A stretch of 64,000 nt of DNA from an uncultured Eubacteriales bacterium. Lineage in GTDB: Bacteria; Bacillota; Clostridia; Christensenellales; UBA1242. The translations under genes were made by a program, and so were the position numbers. Below, in pieces: positions 1 to 14,000 of the stretch. Each line of letters opens with the position of its first letter. Positions within the stretch are counted from its first letter, which is position 1. The stretch spans positions 23,499-87,498 of the forward strand of contig CATLAM010000005.1 of the NCBI GenBank assembly GCA_949878485.1, read 5' to 3'. Below the pieces are notes generated by a model, which had not been told where the DNA came from, made no database searches, and saw only the letters and a program-made list of their open reading frames with translations.

Positions 1-1157
1 CCACCAACAAAAGAATTGTTTTCTCCAAACTGAGCATCATTGCAAAGCACCATACATTTCAAAAGTGATTCAAAATTTGGTGATTTTATGTCAAAAAATG
101 CAAAAGTTTGTTCTACATTCATTTTATTTTGTGTTATTGTGCCAGTTTTGTCCGAACAAATTACATCGCAAGAACCAAGCGTTTCCACGGCGTGCATACG
201 CTTGACAATCGCTTTTTGTTTAGACAAACTTCCAATTCCAAGACACATAATAATTGTAATCACGGCTGGCATACTCTCTGGAATTGCCGCCACTGAAATC
301 GCCACAGCAGTTAAAAATGCTTGCAAAATGTTGTTTGGATTGGAGATAACTTCCAAAACAAAAGTTATTCCTGCCATAAGCAAAATCAAATAAGTCAGCA
401 CCTTTCCAACACTTTGAATGTTTTTCTGAAGTGGTGTCATTTCTTTTTTGGTGTCCCTTATGCTTTCGGCAATCTTACCAATTTCTGTCTGAGTTCCAAC
501 AAAAACCACAAGACCTTTAGCATGTCCATTTTCTACCACGCTTCCAGCAAAAGCCATGTTCTTTTGGTCAGCAAGTGATATATCTTTGTCGTAAATTAAG
601 TCAGCATTCTTTTCCACTGGCTCGCTTTCGCCAGTCAAAGAACTTTCATTTATTTTTACATCAGAAGTTTCAATAAGTCGTAAGTCAGCAGGCACAATGC
701 TTCCTGATTCCAAATAAACAATGTCACCCAAAACAATGTCGTTAGTCTTAACCTTTACAACTTTGCCATCACGCAAAACCAAACTTTCAGGCTGAGTCAT
801 CTTTTTAAGGTTTTCAATTGCCTTTTCACTCTTTCGCTCTTGATAGACCCCAAAGCAAGCGTTCATGACGACAATGCCTAATATTATTGCACCATCGATG
901 ATTTCTCCGCTGGTTTTGCCAATTATGCCAATCACAATGGAAACAACACCTGAAAACAGCAAAACCAAAACCATTAGTTCTTTAATTTGCCATAAGAATT
1001 TCATAAATAATGATGGCTTTTTTGCGTCTTTAATGTTGAATTTTTGTCTTTCAATCAGCCGAGTTTCAATCTCTTTTTCAGAAAGTCCATCTTTGGAACT
1101 TTGAAAATCTTTTAAACAAACATCTACACTTTTTTTGTAATACTTATTTTCTTCCAC
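1..1157 (-). CDS. P-type cation-transporting ATPase (Ca2+/P2-type-like), N-terminal ~385 codons; the rest lies beyond the window edge
   Basis: Absent from the ORF track (GTG start, no stop inside the window). My minus-strand translation from GTG at 1157 (AGGAG 6 nt upstream) reads VEENKYYKKSVDVCLKDFQSSKDGLSEKEIETRL...SLTGESEPVEK...AAIPESMPAVITI...CSDKTGTITQNKM...LCNDAQFGEN. The TGES actuator motif and DKTGT phosphorylation motif are diagnostic of P-type ATPases. Confidence 0.85.
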   Translation of the reverse strand, partial: MEENKYYKKSVDVCLKDFQSSKDGLSEKEIETRLIERQKFNIKDAKKPSLFMKFLWQIKELMVLVLLFSGVVSIVIGIIGKTSGEIIDGAIILGIVVMNACFGVYQERKSEKAIENLKKMTQPESLVLRDGKVVKVKTNDIVLGDIVYLESGSIVPADLRLIETSDVKINESSLTGESEPVEKNADLIYDKDISLADQKNMAFAGSVVENGHAKGLVVFVGTQTEIGKIAESIRDTKKEMTPLQKNIQSVGKVLTYLILLMAGITFVLEVISNPNNILQAFLTAVAISVAAIPESMPAVITIIMCLGIGSLSKQKAIVKRMHAVETLGSCDVICSDKTGTITQNKMNVEQTFAFFDIKSPNFESLLKCMVLCNDAQFGENNSFVG

Positions 1158-1218
1158 GATAACTCCTGACATAACTTACGAAAATAAGATTGTAATTTAT
1201 AACAATTCGACAAACTTT

Positions 1219-1980
1219 TTATAAAACAAAAAGTGATGCCACTGAAATTAAAACCAAATAAAACGAAAACCATTTTAAATTTGAATTTGTTGTAAGTTTC
1301 ATCATAAGTTTAATGGCAAAAATTCCCACCACAAATGCCACAACAAATGCCAAGATTGTTGGCAAAACCTGAATGGATAGCACAAGAGAATTAGTTGCTA
1401 TTTCAAAAATTTCCATAAGAAGCGAAAGCAGAATGATTGGAATGCTCATAAGAAACGAAAATTTTGCAATTTCGCTTTTATCTTTTCCACACATAAGCCC
1501 CGCACTTATTGTGCTTCCCGAACGCGAAATCCCAGGGAAAACGGCAAAACCTTGTGCGATACCCATTATAAGTGCTGTTTTAAAATCAATTTTTTGCTCG
1601 CTTTTATGCTTTGAAAGTCTTTGTGCCAAAAGAAGAACAATGGCAGTAATCAAAAAACATGCTGGAAGAATAGTGCCTGAAAAAGAACTTTTGATTACTG
1701 GCATAAGAATAAGCACAATCAAACAAGTTGGAATTGTAGCCACAACAATTTGCATTGTGTCTTGAGAAAAAGGATGTCTTATAAGTTTCCAAATGTCTTT
1801 ATAAAACACAACACAAATGGAAAGCAAAGTTGCCACATGCAAAAGAATGCTGACAAACAGACTTTCTTCCACACCAAAAATTTTGGAAAACAAAACCAAA
1901 TGCCCTGATGATGACACAGGCAGAAACTCTGTCAAACCTTGAATAAGACCAAGAAAAAATAAAGCAAGGAATACAGGCAT
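1219..1980 (-). CDS. uppP: Undecaprenyl-diphosphatase (UppP/BacA)
   Basis: 253-aa polytopic membrane protein. The N-terminus LTEFLPVSSSGHLVLF carries the UppP signature. ATG at 1980 is preceded by AAGGAGG. Confidence 0.9.
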   Translation of the reverse strand: MPVFLALFFLGLIQGLTEFLPVSSSGHLVLFSKIFGVEESLFVSILLHVATLLSICVVFYKDIWKLIRHPFSQDTMQIVVATIPTCLIVLILMPVIKSSFSGTILPACFLITAIVLLLAQRLSKHKSEQKIDFKTALIMGIAQGFAVFPGISRSGSTISAGLMCGKDKSEIAKFSFLMSIPIILLSLLMEIFEIATNSLVLSIQVLPTILAFVVAFVVGIFAIKLMMKLTTNSNLKWFSFYLVLISVASLFVL

Positions 1981-2028
1981 AAAAACCTCCTTGCTTTATT
2001 ATATTAGTCGCTTGTCCAAAATATCTGT

Positions 2029-5000
2029 TTATTTTCCTTCAATGGCTTTACGGCGTTTTCTCATGCGATAGTTGATGATAAGAATCACAACAACCATAAC
2101 CACTAAGAATACGCACACTCCAATTATAAGGAAAATCAACCAAAGTGAAGTCTGATTTTCGATGATGTTGGCATTTCCACCAAGCACACCAAACAAACCG
2201 TTGTGAGATGTCACATCAAAGAATTTGGCATTAGTTATTCCAGTAATTTCGTGTCCATTGAAATTGAATGTTCCATTGAAATAATTATTCCAACTGCCGA
2301 TTGGTGTCCAGAATTCTTTTGACAAATTGATGTCTGCCATAAGCATGAAGAAACAGTTTGTATATTTCTTTCCATCTGCATTGGATTTTCCACTGTTGAT
2401 GTATTGCATCATTCTGCTTAAATCTTCTGCAGTCCAGATTTCATAATGTTTCTCTTCTGTGCCTTGACCTTTAAATTCTGTGTTTTCAAAAGTTTCATTT
2501 TCCCAAAGCAGTCTTGTAAATCTTACTTCAATTTGCAGAAGTCCGACTATTTTGTTTTCCAACAAATAATCAATTGTAAGCAAAATTTCATTGTTGGAAA
2601 TGTCATTAAATTCAAACACGCGATTATAGTTTCGAAGTGTCACACTTGCAAGTTTATATTTTTCAAAAACTTCAACTTCAATTTTGATGTTTTGATTATA
2701 CTGAACTTTGAAATAGTCTGTGTAATTGCCTTTAAATTTAATTCTTCCAGCAAAACGAACATCATTGCCGTCAGTTGTGTTGGATGTTTTATCTCTTTCA
2801 GTGAAATCGCTGTTTACAACAATTGTAATCATGCTTGCTTCAAAAGTTATTGAAAGATTGACAGGTGTTCCAACAAATTCAGGTGTAATCATCAAAGAAT
2901 AGAAGATGTATTGTCTTACTTCATCATAATAAGAGGTTGCTGTTGGTGTTGGCAAACTTCCAAAGTTGCTTGACCAGTTTACAGCAAAGTCTTTGTTGAC
3001 TAGTGCTCTGAAAATCACTTCATCGCCCACTTTGACAACTGCATTATTATTTATAATTTTATACTCTCCACCAACCATTTGTCCAAGACGAACAGATGTT
3101 CCACTTGAAGTGCTTAAATCAATCAGCACGCCATTGTCAGCGACATAATTGAAATTCAAACTGACTGGTTTACCTTTGACAACCAATAACAACATAAGTT
3201 TTTCAGTTGTGCTTAAAGTCAAACTGCCATTGTTGCTTATATAAGTTTTTCCTGTGTAAGCATCAGTCCAACGAACAAAATCATAGCCTTCACTTGCTGT
3301 CGCTTTGATTGTAAACTGTCTTTCAGTGTCCACAAAGCCATCTTTTACAAGTTGTTGACCTTGTGCGTCATCTGTTGTTTGTTCAATTTCAAAACTGCCC
3401 TGTCCACCAAGCACTTCAACTTGAATTTGTGCAAAGTAATAAATTCTTACTGTGCATTCCACAATTGACTCACTTTCATTGGTGCTCCAGTCAACAGAAC
3501 GAGAATATTTGTTTCCAACAAATTCTGTTACATCACCGTTTTTATTCTTTTCAATAATTTCATATTTATAGAATCTGTAACCATTAAGATTTGGAGCAGT
3601 GATTGTTATATGCGTGTCAAAAGCAACTTCCATGTAAAGTGGAGAAGCCCCATAGAACCAAGAGTTTGTGTAATCCACACCACTTATGATGTCCTCTGCT
3701 GTGTAACTTGTTGTTATGTCTGGAACAAACTCAAAGTTGAATCTTGTTTTGAAATAAGAGAAATAAACATAAAGGTTGATTTCAGTTTCTGTGTCTGTAA
3801 CTGTGGCATTCTTTGAAAGTTCATATTTGTTTGTCAATCCATTGAAAATGTAACCAGTTTCTTGCCATGCTTTGACAACATTTCCTTCTGAATCGATGTA
3901 TTGCACACCGCTTCCGCCAGCATAAGTGAAGAAGCCTTCATAGTTGTAATTTGATTTTTGCAAAACAAGTCCAAGTTTTCCATCATCAAAGCCAACAGAA
4001 TTATCCAGAATTTCAATGTTTTCATTTTCTGCACTTAAATTAAGCACAGAATTGTAAGAAACATTTTTAATTTTGACAATAGTCTTATTTTCATCAACCA
4101 GATTGACTGTATAAGTTGTTGGCATTAAATTAATTTGAATATTATTTAAGTCAAGATAATTTGAAACTTCAAAACTCAAAAGCCCTGTGTAACCTGTATT
4201 TTCAACTGAAAGTGATGTAAATCTTACATTATTTACAAGATAATCTTCAGCAATAAGCATGTTTATAGGGTCAATATGATAACCTAAGCGAACATAAGCG
4301 AAAACTGTAAATCTGCTGTCTGTGTAAGCCGAAACAATTACAGAAGAATAGTTGTCACCTGTTGAATAAACTTTATTGGCATTAAATTCGTCCACATTAA
4401 TCACAATCGCTCCGCCATTTACTTTGCCATTTTCATCTGTGAATGACAAATTAATGGTGTTGAGTTGTGGTTTAAACAAAGCAAGCACTGAAACATTTTG
4501 TCCAAGTCCACCAACAAGTCCGCTTAATTTATAGACAAATGCACCATCTTGTTGTGAAACCAATTCCACGGTTAAATCTTGATTATTAGTTATTAAATCA
4601 AAGAATGTATAACCATTTCGAACGGTGTTTACTTTTAAATAAACATCATTTCCAGTGTAAGCGATCACTGTGAAGTGAGCATTGTCTGTCACATTATCAA
4701 GATAATGAACTCTTGTTCCTGCGACATAGCCATATTCATTTGCCAAGTTTCCTTCACTGTTTTGAAGCACAATTTTCCCAGTATGTGGATTGTAATTGTC
4801 ATCTTCAATGTTTCCGTCAATGTAAATGTAACTTCCAACATCAAGCGAAACTTCATAAGAAGAAACCAAGAACATTAAATTTACAACATCGCTTCCATTG
4901 CCAACAAGGCTTCCAATGTTTTTGCTGGAAATGGTTATTTCCACTTTTCCGTCTATGTAATGCTCTGTAACTTCAACAGGCTTAAATATGTTGTTGTCCA

Positions 5001-8000
5001 TAATTCCAAGCCCATAATATCTGAAACCATAGATTGGTTTAAACATAACTGTCACAGCCATGCCAAGTTTAATTTCTGCGGTTGAAATTGCATTACCTGA
5101 CAAATCAGTGATTGTTTCAACTGGCAAATCTTTTGTTTCAAACTTGTTGTAAACATCATAAGCAGGTTGTCCGTTTTGTGTGTGTTCAATGCGATAATAT
5201 TCTGCAACATCAAAAGACAAATAATATGTTCTTGTGGAGAATACAGCATAAACAGTTACATTGTCCAAAACAGAATACACAAAACTTTCTGCATTTGAAA
5301 GAATGTTGTAATCGCCACCCGTCATGGAATCAGCAAAACCAACAAAAGTGTAATCACTTTCTCTGTGTTTCAATTTCAGAGTAACATTATTACCAAACAA
5401 AATGCCTGTTGCTGTTTTACCATAGCCGTCAATTTCAGCATCATTTAAAGTGGTTGTTGTCACATTTCCGTTTCCGTCATAAGCGACAACTTGAAGATTT
5501 ACATTATATTTCAAGCGTTTAGTGGAAAGTGAAATTTTGCTGTCACCCGCAATGGAAGTTACATCAAAAGTCATAACATAATTTCCGTCAACTGCAACTT
5601 GATTTATGTTTTCAATGACATATCTTACACTTACACAGCCATCACCCATAAATCCATGTTTAAATTTAACTGAAACATTAAGTTCTGTGTTGGTGTAAAC
5701 ATCAACTTCAATTTTGCCTTCTGTAAAGTCGTCTGAAGTATAGTTTCTGCCCAAGATTGTCAAAGTGTCATATGCATCTAAATCTTCTCCAAGTAAGAAA
5801 GTAACTTTGTTTATTCCTTCAACAATTTCAAATTCCATTTCCATGTCATCGTGGATGCTTGTAATTGTCAAAGTCAAAACGCCTTTTTCAAGTTTAGTTG
5901 TGTAATCAACTTGTTTGCTGAAGATGATGTTTTCAGTCAATGTGTAACCAACTTCTGGAGTAATCGTAATTGAAACAACTTTTCCAGTTGAAATGTTAAA
6001 CTTATTATAATGGTCAAGGGTAAGAGTAATGTTGTCAGTTTCGTTTTTAATGACAATGTTGTCTACATTACCATTCCAAGAAAGAGTAACATGATTTGAA
6101 AGTGGAAGTGTTGGAATCACAAAATCAACATCATTTGCAGGCACAGTCAAAACAACCGTCACACGAGTTTTGCTGTAAGAGATGACATTAAATTCTTTTG
6201 CCCAACCGCTTTCAGAAATTTCATAACCCGCATCAGCAATAACTGTGAATGTTAAATTAGTTGAAAATTCCAAATTTGCTGTGTAAACATTGCCATTTTG
6301 AGTCAATATTTCACTTTCAATAGATGAATTTTGTGCGGTAATTGAAATGTTATATTTTTTAACTGTCCAATTTGCTGAAATTGTGTGAGCCTTAGCGTCA
6401 ACAATTTCAGTGTTTTCATCAATAAGAGTTTCACCAACATACCAACCTGCAAAGTCAAAACCTTCTCTTGTTGGTGCTGTCATAATATTTGCATCTGCAA
6501 AATATTTTTCGCCATAATCAAGGCTGACAATTTTTGGATTTGTCATTCCATCATTAAAGTTTAAAGTGATTGCAACAGTAAATACAGCATACAAAGTCAA
6601 AGTCTTTCCGCTTGGAAGCATATTGCTTAAATCCGTTGTTGCAAAGTTTTCTTTCAAAACAATGTCAGTGCCGTCACTCCAACCTTTAAGGTCAAACAAA
6701 GCATTGGCTATGTTTGGAAGATTGCTGAATTTCAATTTTTCAAAACTTAAATAGTCCACTTTTGCTGTAAAGACATTTCCTTGTTTTGTGAAATTGAGTC
6801 CTCTTCCACCAGTGATTGTTATGTCGTCTTTATATTCTGATAAATCCAAAACAACATCAACTTCGTCAACTGTGAAACTTGCCCAAATTTCATAATTTTT
6901 CTTGACATCACTTATTGTGTAAGCGTTTGCGAAGTTGGACGAAACATTGTCTGTTCGGTTATAAATGTTGTTGAAAATGCAATGTTCGTTGGCATTCGCT
7001 GTAATTGTAATGCTTGCTCCGTGTGCAACAGAGATTGTCTGATTTGTAAGAGAGTCATAAGTTGTTTGACCATTTTCATCAGTAACAACGACATCAACAG
7101 TGCCAAGCCCACTGTTTACGCTTCCATCTCTGTCAGTTACTTTAATGGAAACATTATATTTCAAAACATCCCAAACAGCGTTGAATGTCACATTAATATT
7201 TGCTTTGCCTTTAAAGAAATAAGCATTTTCAAACAAGCCGTCTGTTTCATTTAAAAGAGCATTCAAGAAGTTTACAGAACGAACATCATTGTCAATTGAA
7301 ACTGTAAACATTTTTGTAGCTGAATCATAACTTCCATAGTTTTTCAAGAAATTATATTCATCACTTGTGCTTTCCACATTTTCAAAAGTCATTTGCCATC
7401 CAAGTAAATAGTGTCCTTCCCAGCCACCCAAAGTTGAAGGAAAATTCGCTGAAGAAGATGTTGAAGAGTCATTTGAATTGGTTGTCAAATTTGTTCCTGA
7501 CAATGGAAATTTAATTTCTGAAATTCGTTTTGCAGGAGATGTGGCAGTAATTCCACTTGGTGTGTTGTCATTGTAAGAAACATTAATAATTATAGGCGTA
7601 ATGCTTCCAACTGCTTGAGAAACTGTGTAGTTTTCAAAGTCGCCAGTTTCCATAAGTTTGAAATTCACATAAACAGTTGAGCCTATGTGAGCAGTTTCAA
7701 ATTCTGCCCCAGCAAGCATAACAATGTCATCTGTTTCAATGCCATTAAGTCCGATAAGTCCTGCAATGTTGATTTCTTTTGTTCCGTCATAAGCCTTTGT
7801 CAAAATTTCTGACAAAGATTGTGCTGTAAGTGACCTTACAGTCAACATCTTTCTTTCCACTTTTAAAGGTATGTAAAGTGATTCAGTGTAAGCAACTGTT
7901 GTTCCATTTAAAACAACTGTAGAAATTTCAAAATCCGCAAAATTGCCTGTCATAGTCAAGTTGTAATTTCCTGCTTTCAAAAGTCTTGCAGAAGAGAAAT

Positions 8001-11000
8001 CATCCACTCCGTTTGGAAGAGTTAAAGCAAAATCTAAAGTCAAATTTTGGTCATATTCAAAATCAGGTTGACAAGAATATGTAAGCCCTAATGTGTTCAG
8101 ATTTGTGTCTGTTCCACCAGTTTGAACAATTTGGCCATAAACAAATTTCTGAGTGTCAATTACAACAGTAAGTCCAGCACGAATAATGCTTCCAGTTACA
8201 CCCACAACTGTGCCGTCGGCAGACAGTCCTTCAAGTTTATAGTTTGCCAAAGAAATTGAACTGCCATTAGGTTTTGTCAAAATCGCCTTAACGGTAAGAT
8301 TATTCTTTGTGTGGACTGCAAGGTTTGCACCATCATAGAATTCCACCAAAAGTCCCAAATCTTCATTTTCAATTGCACCATTTACAACACTGTTCAACTG
8401 AGCATAACCTTGATAGGTCATTGTTGCAGGTTTGTTGTCAAATGTCTTTTGCAAAACAGAATCTTTAAAAGTCAAAACTCTTTCATTTATTTCAAGTGTA
8501 AAGCAAATTGTTTCGCCTTTCATTCCAACTTGAATTTGATAGTTCCCAGAAGTGCTTGCAAGTGTATAAATGCCATATCTTCCCACATTCTTAACAAATG
8601 AAGAATAGAAAGCAAGTTCGACATTGAGATTTACGACATTTATATTGGTTTTGTTGTAAACATTTGCCGTTTCATCAAAAGTGTAAAAAGCGAGTTGTTT
8701 AACAATTTTTTCATCATTTTCATTTAAGCTGTTGGATATCTGCAAATAGAAACCTAATTCTTCAGAATATTCAACATTTATTGTGTCAAATTGAACACCA
8801 ATATATGGACTTGAAATTGTTGATACAACTTTATTTGCGTTTACTTGATTGCCATTTTCCGCCAACATTAAATATTGTGTTTCAGTGGAAATTGTGATTT
8901 GATAAGCACCCTTTTCACTGTTGTCCACAACACGGAACAAATAATTCCCGCTTTTATCTGTATAGTTTCCTGCTTTAACTCTGTAATATCCAACATCGCT
9001 TAAAGAGCCATTTTCATTTAATTCCCTTTCAAGAACAACTGTAAATTGTTCGTTTAAACTTGATATATCTGAAAAATCAAACATTGCAGTCAAAGTTTCA
9101 TCTGTCATGTAAGAAGCAGAAACCATGCCATTTCTGTCCAAAACAAGATTTGTTTCAAATTTGTTTACAACAATTTTTAAATCAAGATTTCCGTCAGATC
9201 CTAAGTCCAAACTTTCAAAATTTATGTTGTAATTAATTGCACTTATTACAATGTTTACATTGTAAGTGCCAACACACAAATTAACACCACTTATAACAGG
9301 GCTTAAAACATTAAACGAAGATATGGTGTATTGAGTAATCTTTACATTTGGATCGCTTGAAAGCACAACATCAAAAAGCACACCAAAATTGTCAGCATTT
9401 TTGTTTGTTGAAAGGTCGCCATAAGCATATTCATGCACAAATTGAATTGTGGCATCTGCCTTCAAAATTTCTCCAGAAACTTTGTTTGTTTCATCTTTAA
9501 ACTTAAGTTCATAATTTTGGCTGTCACTTCCCTGCAACAAGAGTGTCACATCTTTCACACCTGCATTTGGGTCATTATTGAAATTTGCCAAAATTGTTAC
9601 ATTTGTCCCTGAAATTTTTTCATCAAATTCTGAAATTGTCTTTGTATATGTTCCGTCATATTGTTTTTTAAGTGCTTGTTTAAATGATGCACTCTCTACG
9701 TCAATTTTCACTTTTTCCACTGTGAAGAATTGCCCACAAATGAAGTTTGTATATAAAATGTTTGAACCAGTAAAAGTAACATTTAAAGCATATTTCCCCG
9801 CAATTTTTGCTGTTACATTCAAATTAAGTGTTACATCTGCAATGTCAGCGACATCCACAGTTGTGCCTGCAGAATTTTGCAAATGAGTGGAAAGTTTTCT
9901 TGTGACAAAACTTTCATCATCTGATGTAATTTCCAAAACATATTTGCCGTCTTCAAGCAAAAGTTGAAGATGATAATCTTTATTGTTGTAATATTGTGAT
10001 AAGTCACTGATGTCATCAATCACCAAATAAAGCACATTAACTTCAGCAACAATGGTCATACCTTTGTTGGTGTCGAGATTTGAGATGGTCACTTGAATGC
10101 TGTCATTGGCATAAAGTCCATTTCCAACCAAAGCCAAATGATAATTGCCCGCATTTTGTGCCGTTCCGTCATCATTTAACACCAAGTTTTCATCATCGAT
10201 TTCAAATTGCAAATCAATTGTTTCATTAAGACCTGTCACAGAAACTTGAGTTGTGTAGACATCCTTAACCACATTCACAGTGTTTTCAATAAACAAGTTG
10301 GCTGGAATTGTGTATTCAAATTGATAAGCAGTTATTGTAAATTCAGCACCAGTGATGTTTGTGATGTTGAAATCGTTAAACAAACTGTTTGATGCTGTTA
10401 AAACATGTTTGCCTGCATAAACATTTCCATTTGAATTAACGTTTTCATCATCAACATTATAAATCAAAGTGCAATATAAATTGTCAAGCCAGTCTGTGTG
10501 GTCAACACCATCGACTTCAATGTTGACTGGTTGTTTTGCATCCACAAGCAAAGACAAATTGTTTGTTGAAACATTGCCATAAACAAAACTGCTTGCATCC
10601 AAAGTTTCATTCAAATTGATTGTCAATGTTGCGTCAACTTTTTTAATCTCGCCAGTTGTTGTTCTTGCAGAAAGAGTGTAATTCGCCAAATAAGATTCAG
10701 CATATTCACCGTTATAATTCAGTTCCAAATTAATTGTGATGTCAGTGCCTGCATGGATTGTGGAATAAGTTGCAGTCAGATAAACCCCAACATGACTTGA
10801 TAAGTCTTCAATTACATTTCCATTTAAGTCAACATAAACAAAATTGGTGTTGTCAAAAGTTTTGCTGATTTTGTCCATGCTTGAAACATCAATGTTTTGT
10901 CTGTTGATGACAAATGAATAAGCACCATCAAATTCGACTGTTGAATAATATCTTCCAAAATCGCCAACAGCAAATTGATAAGAATAAGTAGATGCGTTTG

Positions 11001-14000
11001 TCACGCCATTTTCAAAAGTGTGACTGCTTGAAGCAAAATATGCTGAAATGTTTTGAAGTTCGTTCTTTAAAATTTCGTAATAATCGCCAGTTACTTCACC
11101 TTTCAAATTGTCAACCAAAACAGGTTTAATTGTGTAAACTGCCACTCCGTTTAAATTGATGACAAAGTTACCTTCTTCATCAAATTCAACGGTGTAAACT
11201 CCACCACTGTAAGTCTGTGTCAAAGTTTTTGGCAAAAGGTCAGTAATTTCATAAGAAATTGACAATGCACCACCCGCATTGATTGTAAAGTTTCCAACAG
11301 CAACTTTTTCTTCACTTTCAAGGTCAATCAAAGTGCCATTAAACTTAAACGCATAGTTGTTTAAGTTGACATTCAAAACAGAAGAAAGCCAAACATCATA
11401 TAAATTAACTTTGTTTCCAGAAGCGTCAGTGTAAGTTGTTCTTTCTCCCGCTTCTCTTTCAAACTGCAAAGTCATTGTGTCATTGCCATAAGTATGCACA
11501 ATTTCCAAAGCAGGATCAGAGTTAAAGAAAGTCTTAGACCAAGTAAGCGTGCCAATCTGAGATAATTCTAATTGATATGCAGTTACAACATAATCAAACT
11601 GATAAGTCTCTGCCATGCTTGCATCAAGTTGGAAAATGTCAGCATTTGGCACTACTGAAAAAGCATATCTTCCTGTGTTTATCATTTCTGTCACATCTTC
11701 GCCTGTGCTTTCTGCATTTGCAAAATATTTTACAGCAAAACCCAAAGAACCTTTTGTCAAAAAGTTTTGCACAGATGTTTGAATTGTTTGGTCATAACTT
11801 CCAGTTTCATTGTTCCATTGCTTATAAGAAAGAGTAACAGAAGTCTTTGAACTGTTTGTCAACAGCAAATCAGAAGAAGTGTAAACATCTGTCAGATTTG
11901 TTGGCAAATCAATGTTTGTAACTAAGTGTTTTTTAAAGTTTATTTCAAAATCATATGATTGAGATAAAGTTTTATCTTCCACATAGCCATTTAAAATATC
12001 TTTTGTTTTAACGCTTATTGTCAATCTGTAATTTCCACTGTCTTTAACTGTTCCGCCATTAGCAAAAGTCAAAATGTCTGGTTTTTCTGTTTCGATGTCT
12101 TTCCAAGAACCGTCAATGTCGCGCTGCCAATTGTAAACGAAGTCGTAAAGGTTTTCATTTGCACTGACAGAAACAACATCAGAAGCAGAAAGGTTTGCAA
12201 GTGATTGAACGGCAACTTCCAAACTGTTTATGTTTTGTGTTGCAGTAAGTTCGGAAATTGTCCAAACAGATTTAACTGTCAATGCAGAGTGAACATTCCC
12301 TGTTTTTCCTTTAAACACGCTTTCGTTTTCATCACCAGTAAAGAATTCGGATGGAGCAAGGAAATTCTTGCCATCAGATGAAAGTGTTACATCTCCAAGC
12401 ACAAGACCGCCAACGCCAGTAATATCTTTTGGATAACTGTTTCTAAGGTCAGCAAGTGTAGAAACATCAATTTTAAGATTTGTTCCGCTTGCAAGTGCTA
12501 AGTTTGAAATAAGTTGTGGTGGCAAATTGTAATCATAAGCAACATAAACAAGATCAGTAAAAACTGCACAAATGTCTGTTGTGCTAAGTCCATTTTCTGA
12601 ATTTGCATTTACTTCAAAAACTTTTGAAGAAGAGTCCACTTCAACATCATTTGTTTGCCCATCAAATGTTGGAACAACAGTGACAGAATTTCTTGATTCC
12701 ATTGTTCCGTTTACACTGTATGTGCGATTTTCGTTCAGACACCATTCATATAAAGCATAGTTGTCAATTTGTGTTTGATTGATTGCAAATTCCGCTTTTG
12801 TCACCCAGCGATTAAGATAAACTGAAACAGTGTTGTCATTGTTTTGTTGAATAACACAAATTGTGATTGGAATAAGCACGCTGGAATCTTCCGAACTTGG
12901 AACTTCAATGTTGTTGTCGCCAATTTTTAAATCTTTTCCACTTATTGTGCCTTTCAAAACATTTGTTTCATCATATTTATAAGCATAAGAAACAGATGTA
13001 ATTGAAAGCAAAGAAAGCATATTGTAATTTTCTAACTCATCCAAATTACCCCTTACAGGTTGACCATTTTCCAATGTCAAATATGTGGCATTCAAATTCA
13101 CTTTTGCCACTCCTGCAACAGAAAGAATGGAATAGGTGTCCGCTTCGTCCATAACCAATTTATAATAATTGGAAACATCCACATAAGCACCATCTTTTTC
13201 CAAAATTATGGATGCAATTGAAAAATATAAAAAGTTTGTTTTGTCAGTATAACTAAACACAACATCTTTGTCAGATATGCCAGCATTAGAAGTATAAAGA
13301 TATGCCCTGACATAAATGTTTGCATTTGAATTATCCGCCAAATAATAAGTTTCATCATTATATTTAATTGACTCTTTTGAAGACCAATTAACCATTTTTC
13401 TTGATAAATTTGGCTCAAAATAACTGTTTTTTGCACCAGAATTGGTTATTTTTAACGTTTCAGGCATCACAAAAACAAATTCGTTAAAGTTTATATAATT
13501 GCCATTTTCATCTGTGTTATAATTATAATTTTCCAAACTTCCACTTAAAATTTCTGTCACATAAATTCTCATAACAGAATTTGATTTAGGAGTTAAAACA
13601 TCTCCAGTTGAAGAAGAAAACATAATTTTGTCAATCGTAAGGTCAGGGGTGTTTAAAGTCAAATTTCCATTATATTTGTCAACTTCCAATGAATGTGCAA
13701 AGTTTGAATAATCATATGAAACAAAGAAATTAAGAGAATTTATAATGTTGTCAATAATTGCTTTGTTGATGTATTCATTATTTTCATTTACATCAAAATA
13801 AGTTTCTTCAAAGTCGTAATATTCATATTCACTTTTAAACTTCACTTGAGTCGAGCCATCATTTGTCATCGTCATATTGTAATATTTATACATCAAATAA
13901 CGATATAAAATATCTTCAATCTTTTCTTTTGTGTCCAACTGTTCTGCACGGATTAAATATTTTTCTCCAAGTGCTTTCATGATTTCTTCAAAATCATTCT

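Noticed and set aside
2029-2150. Sortase (LPXTG) sorting signal at the C-terminus of the giant protein
   Set aside because: A hydrophobic helix and a basic tail are present, but no LPXTG-like motif precedes them. This is interpreted as a plain stop-transfer anchor.
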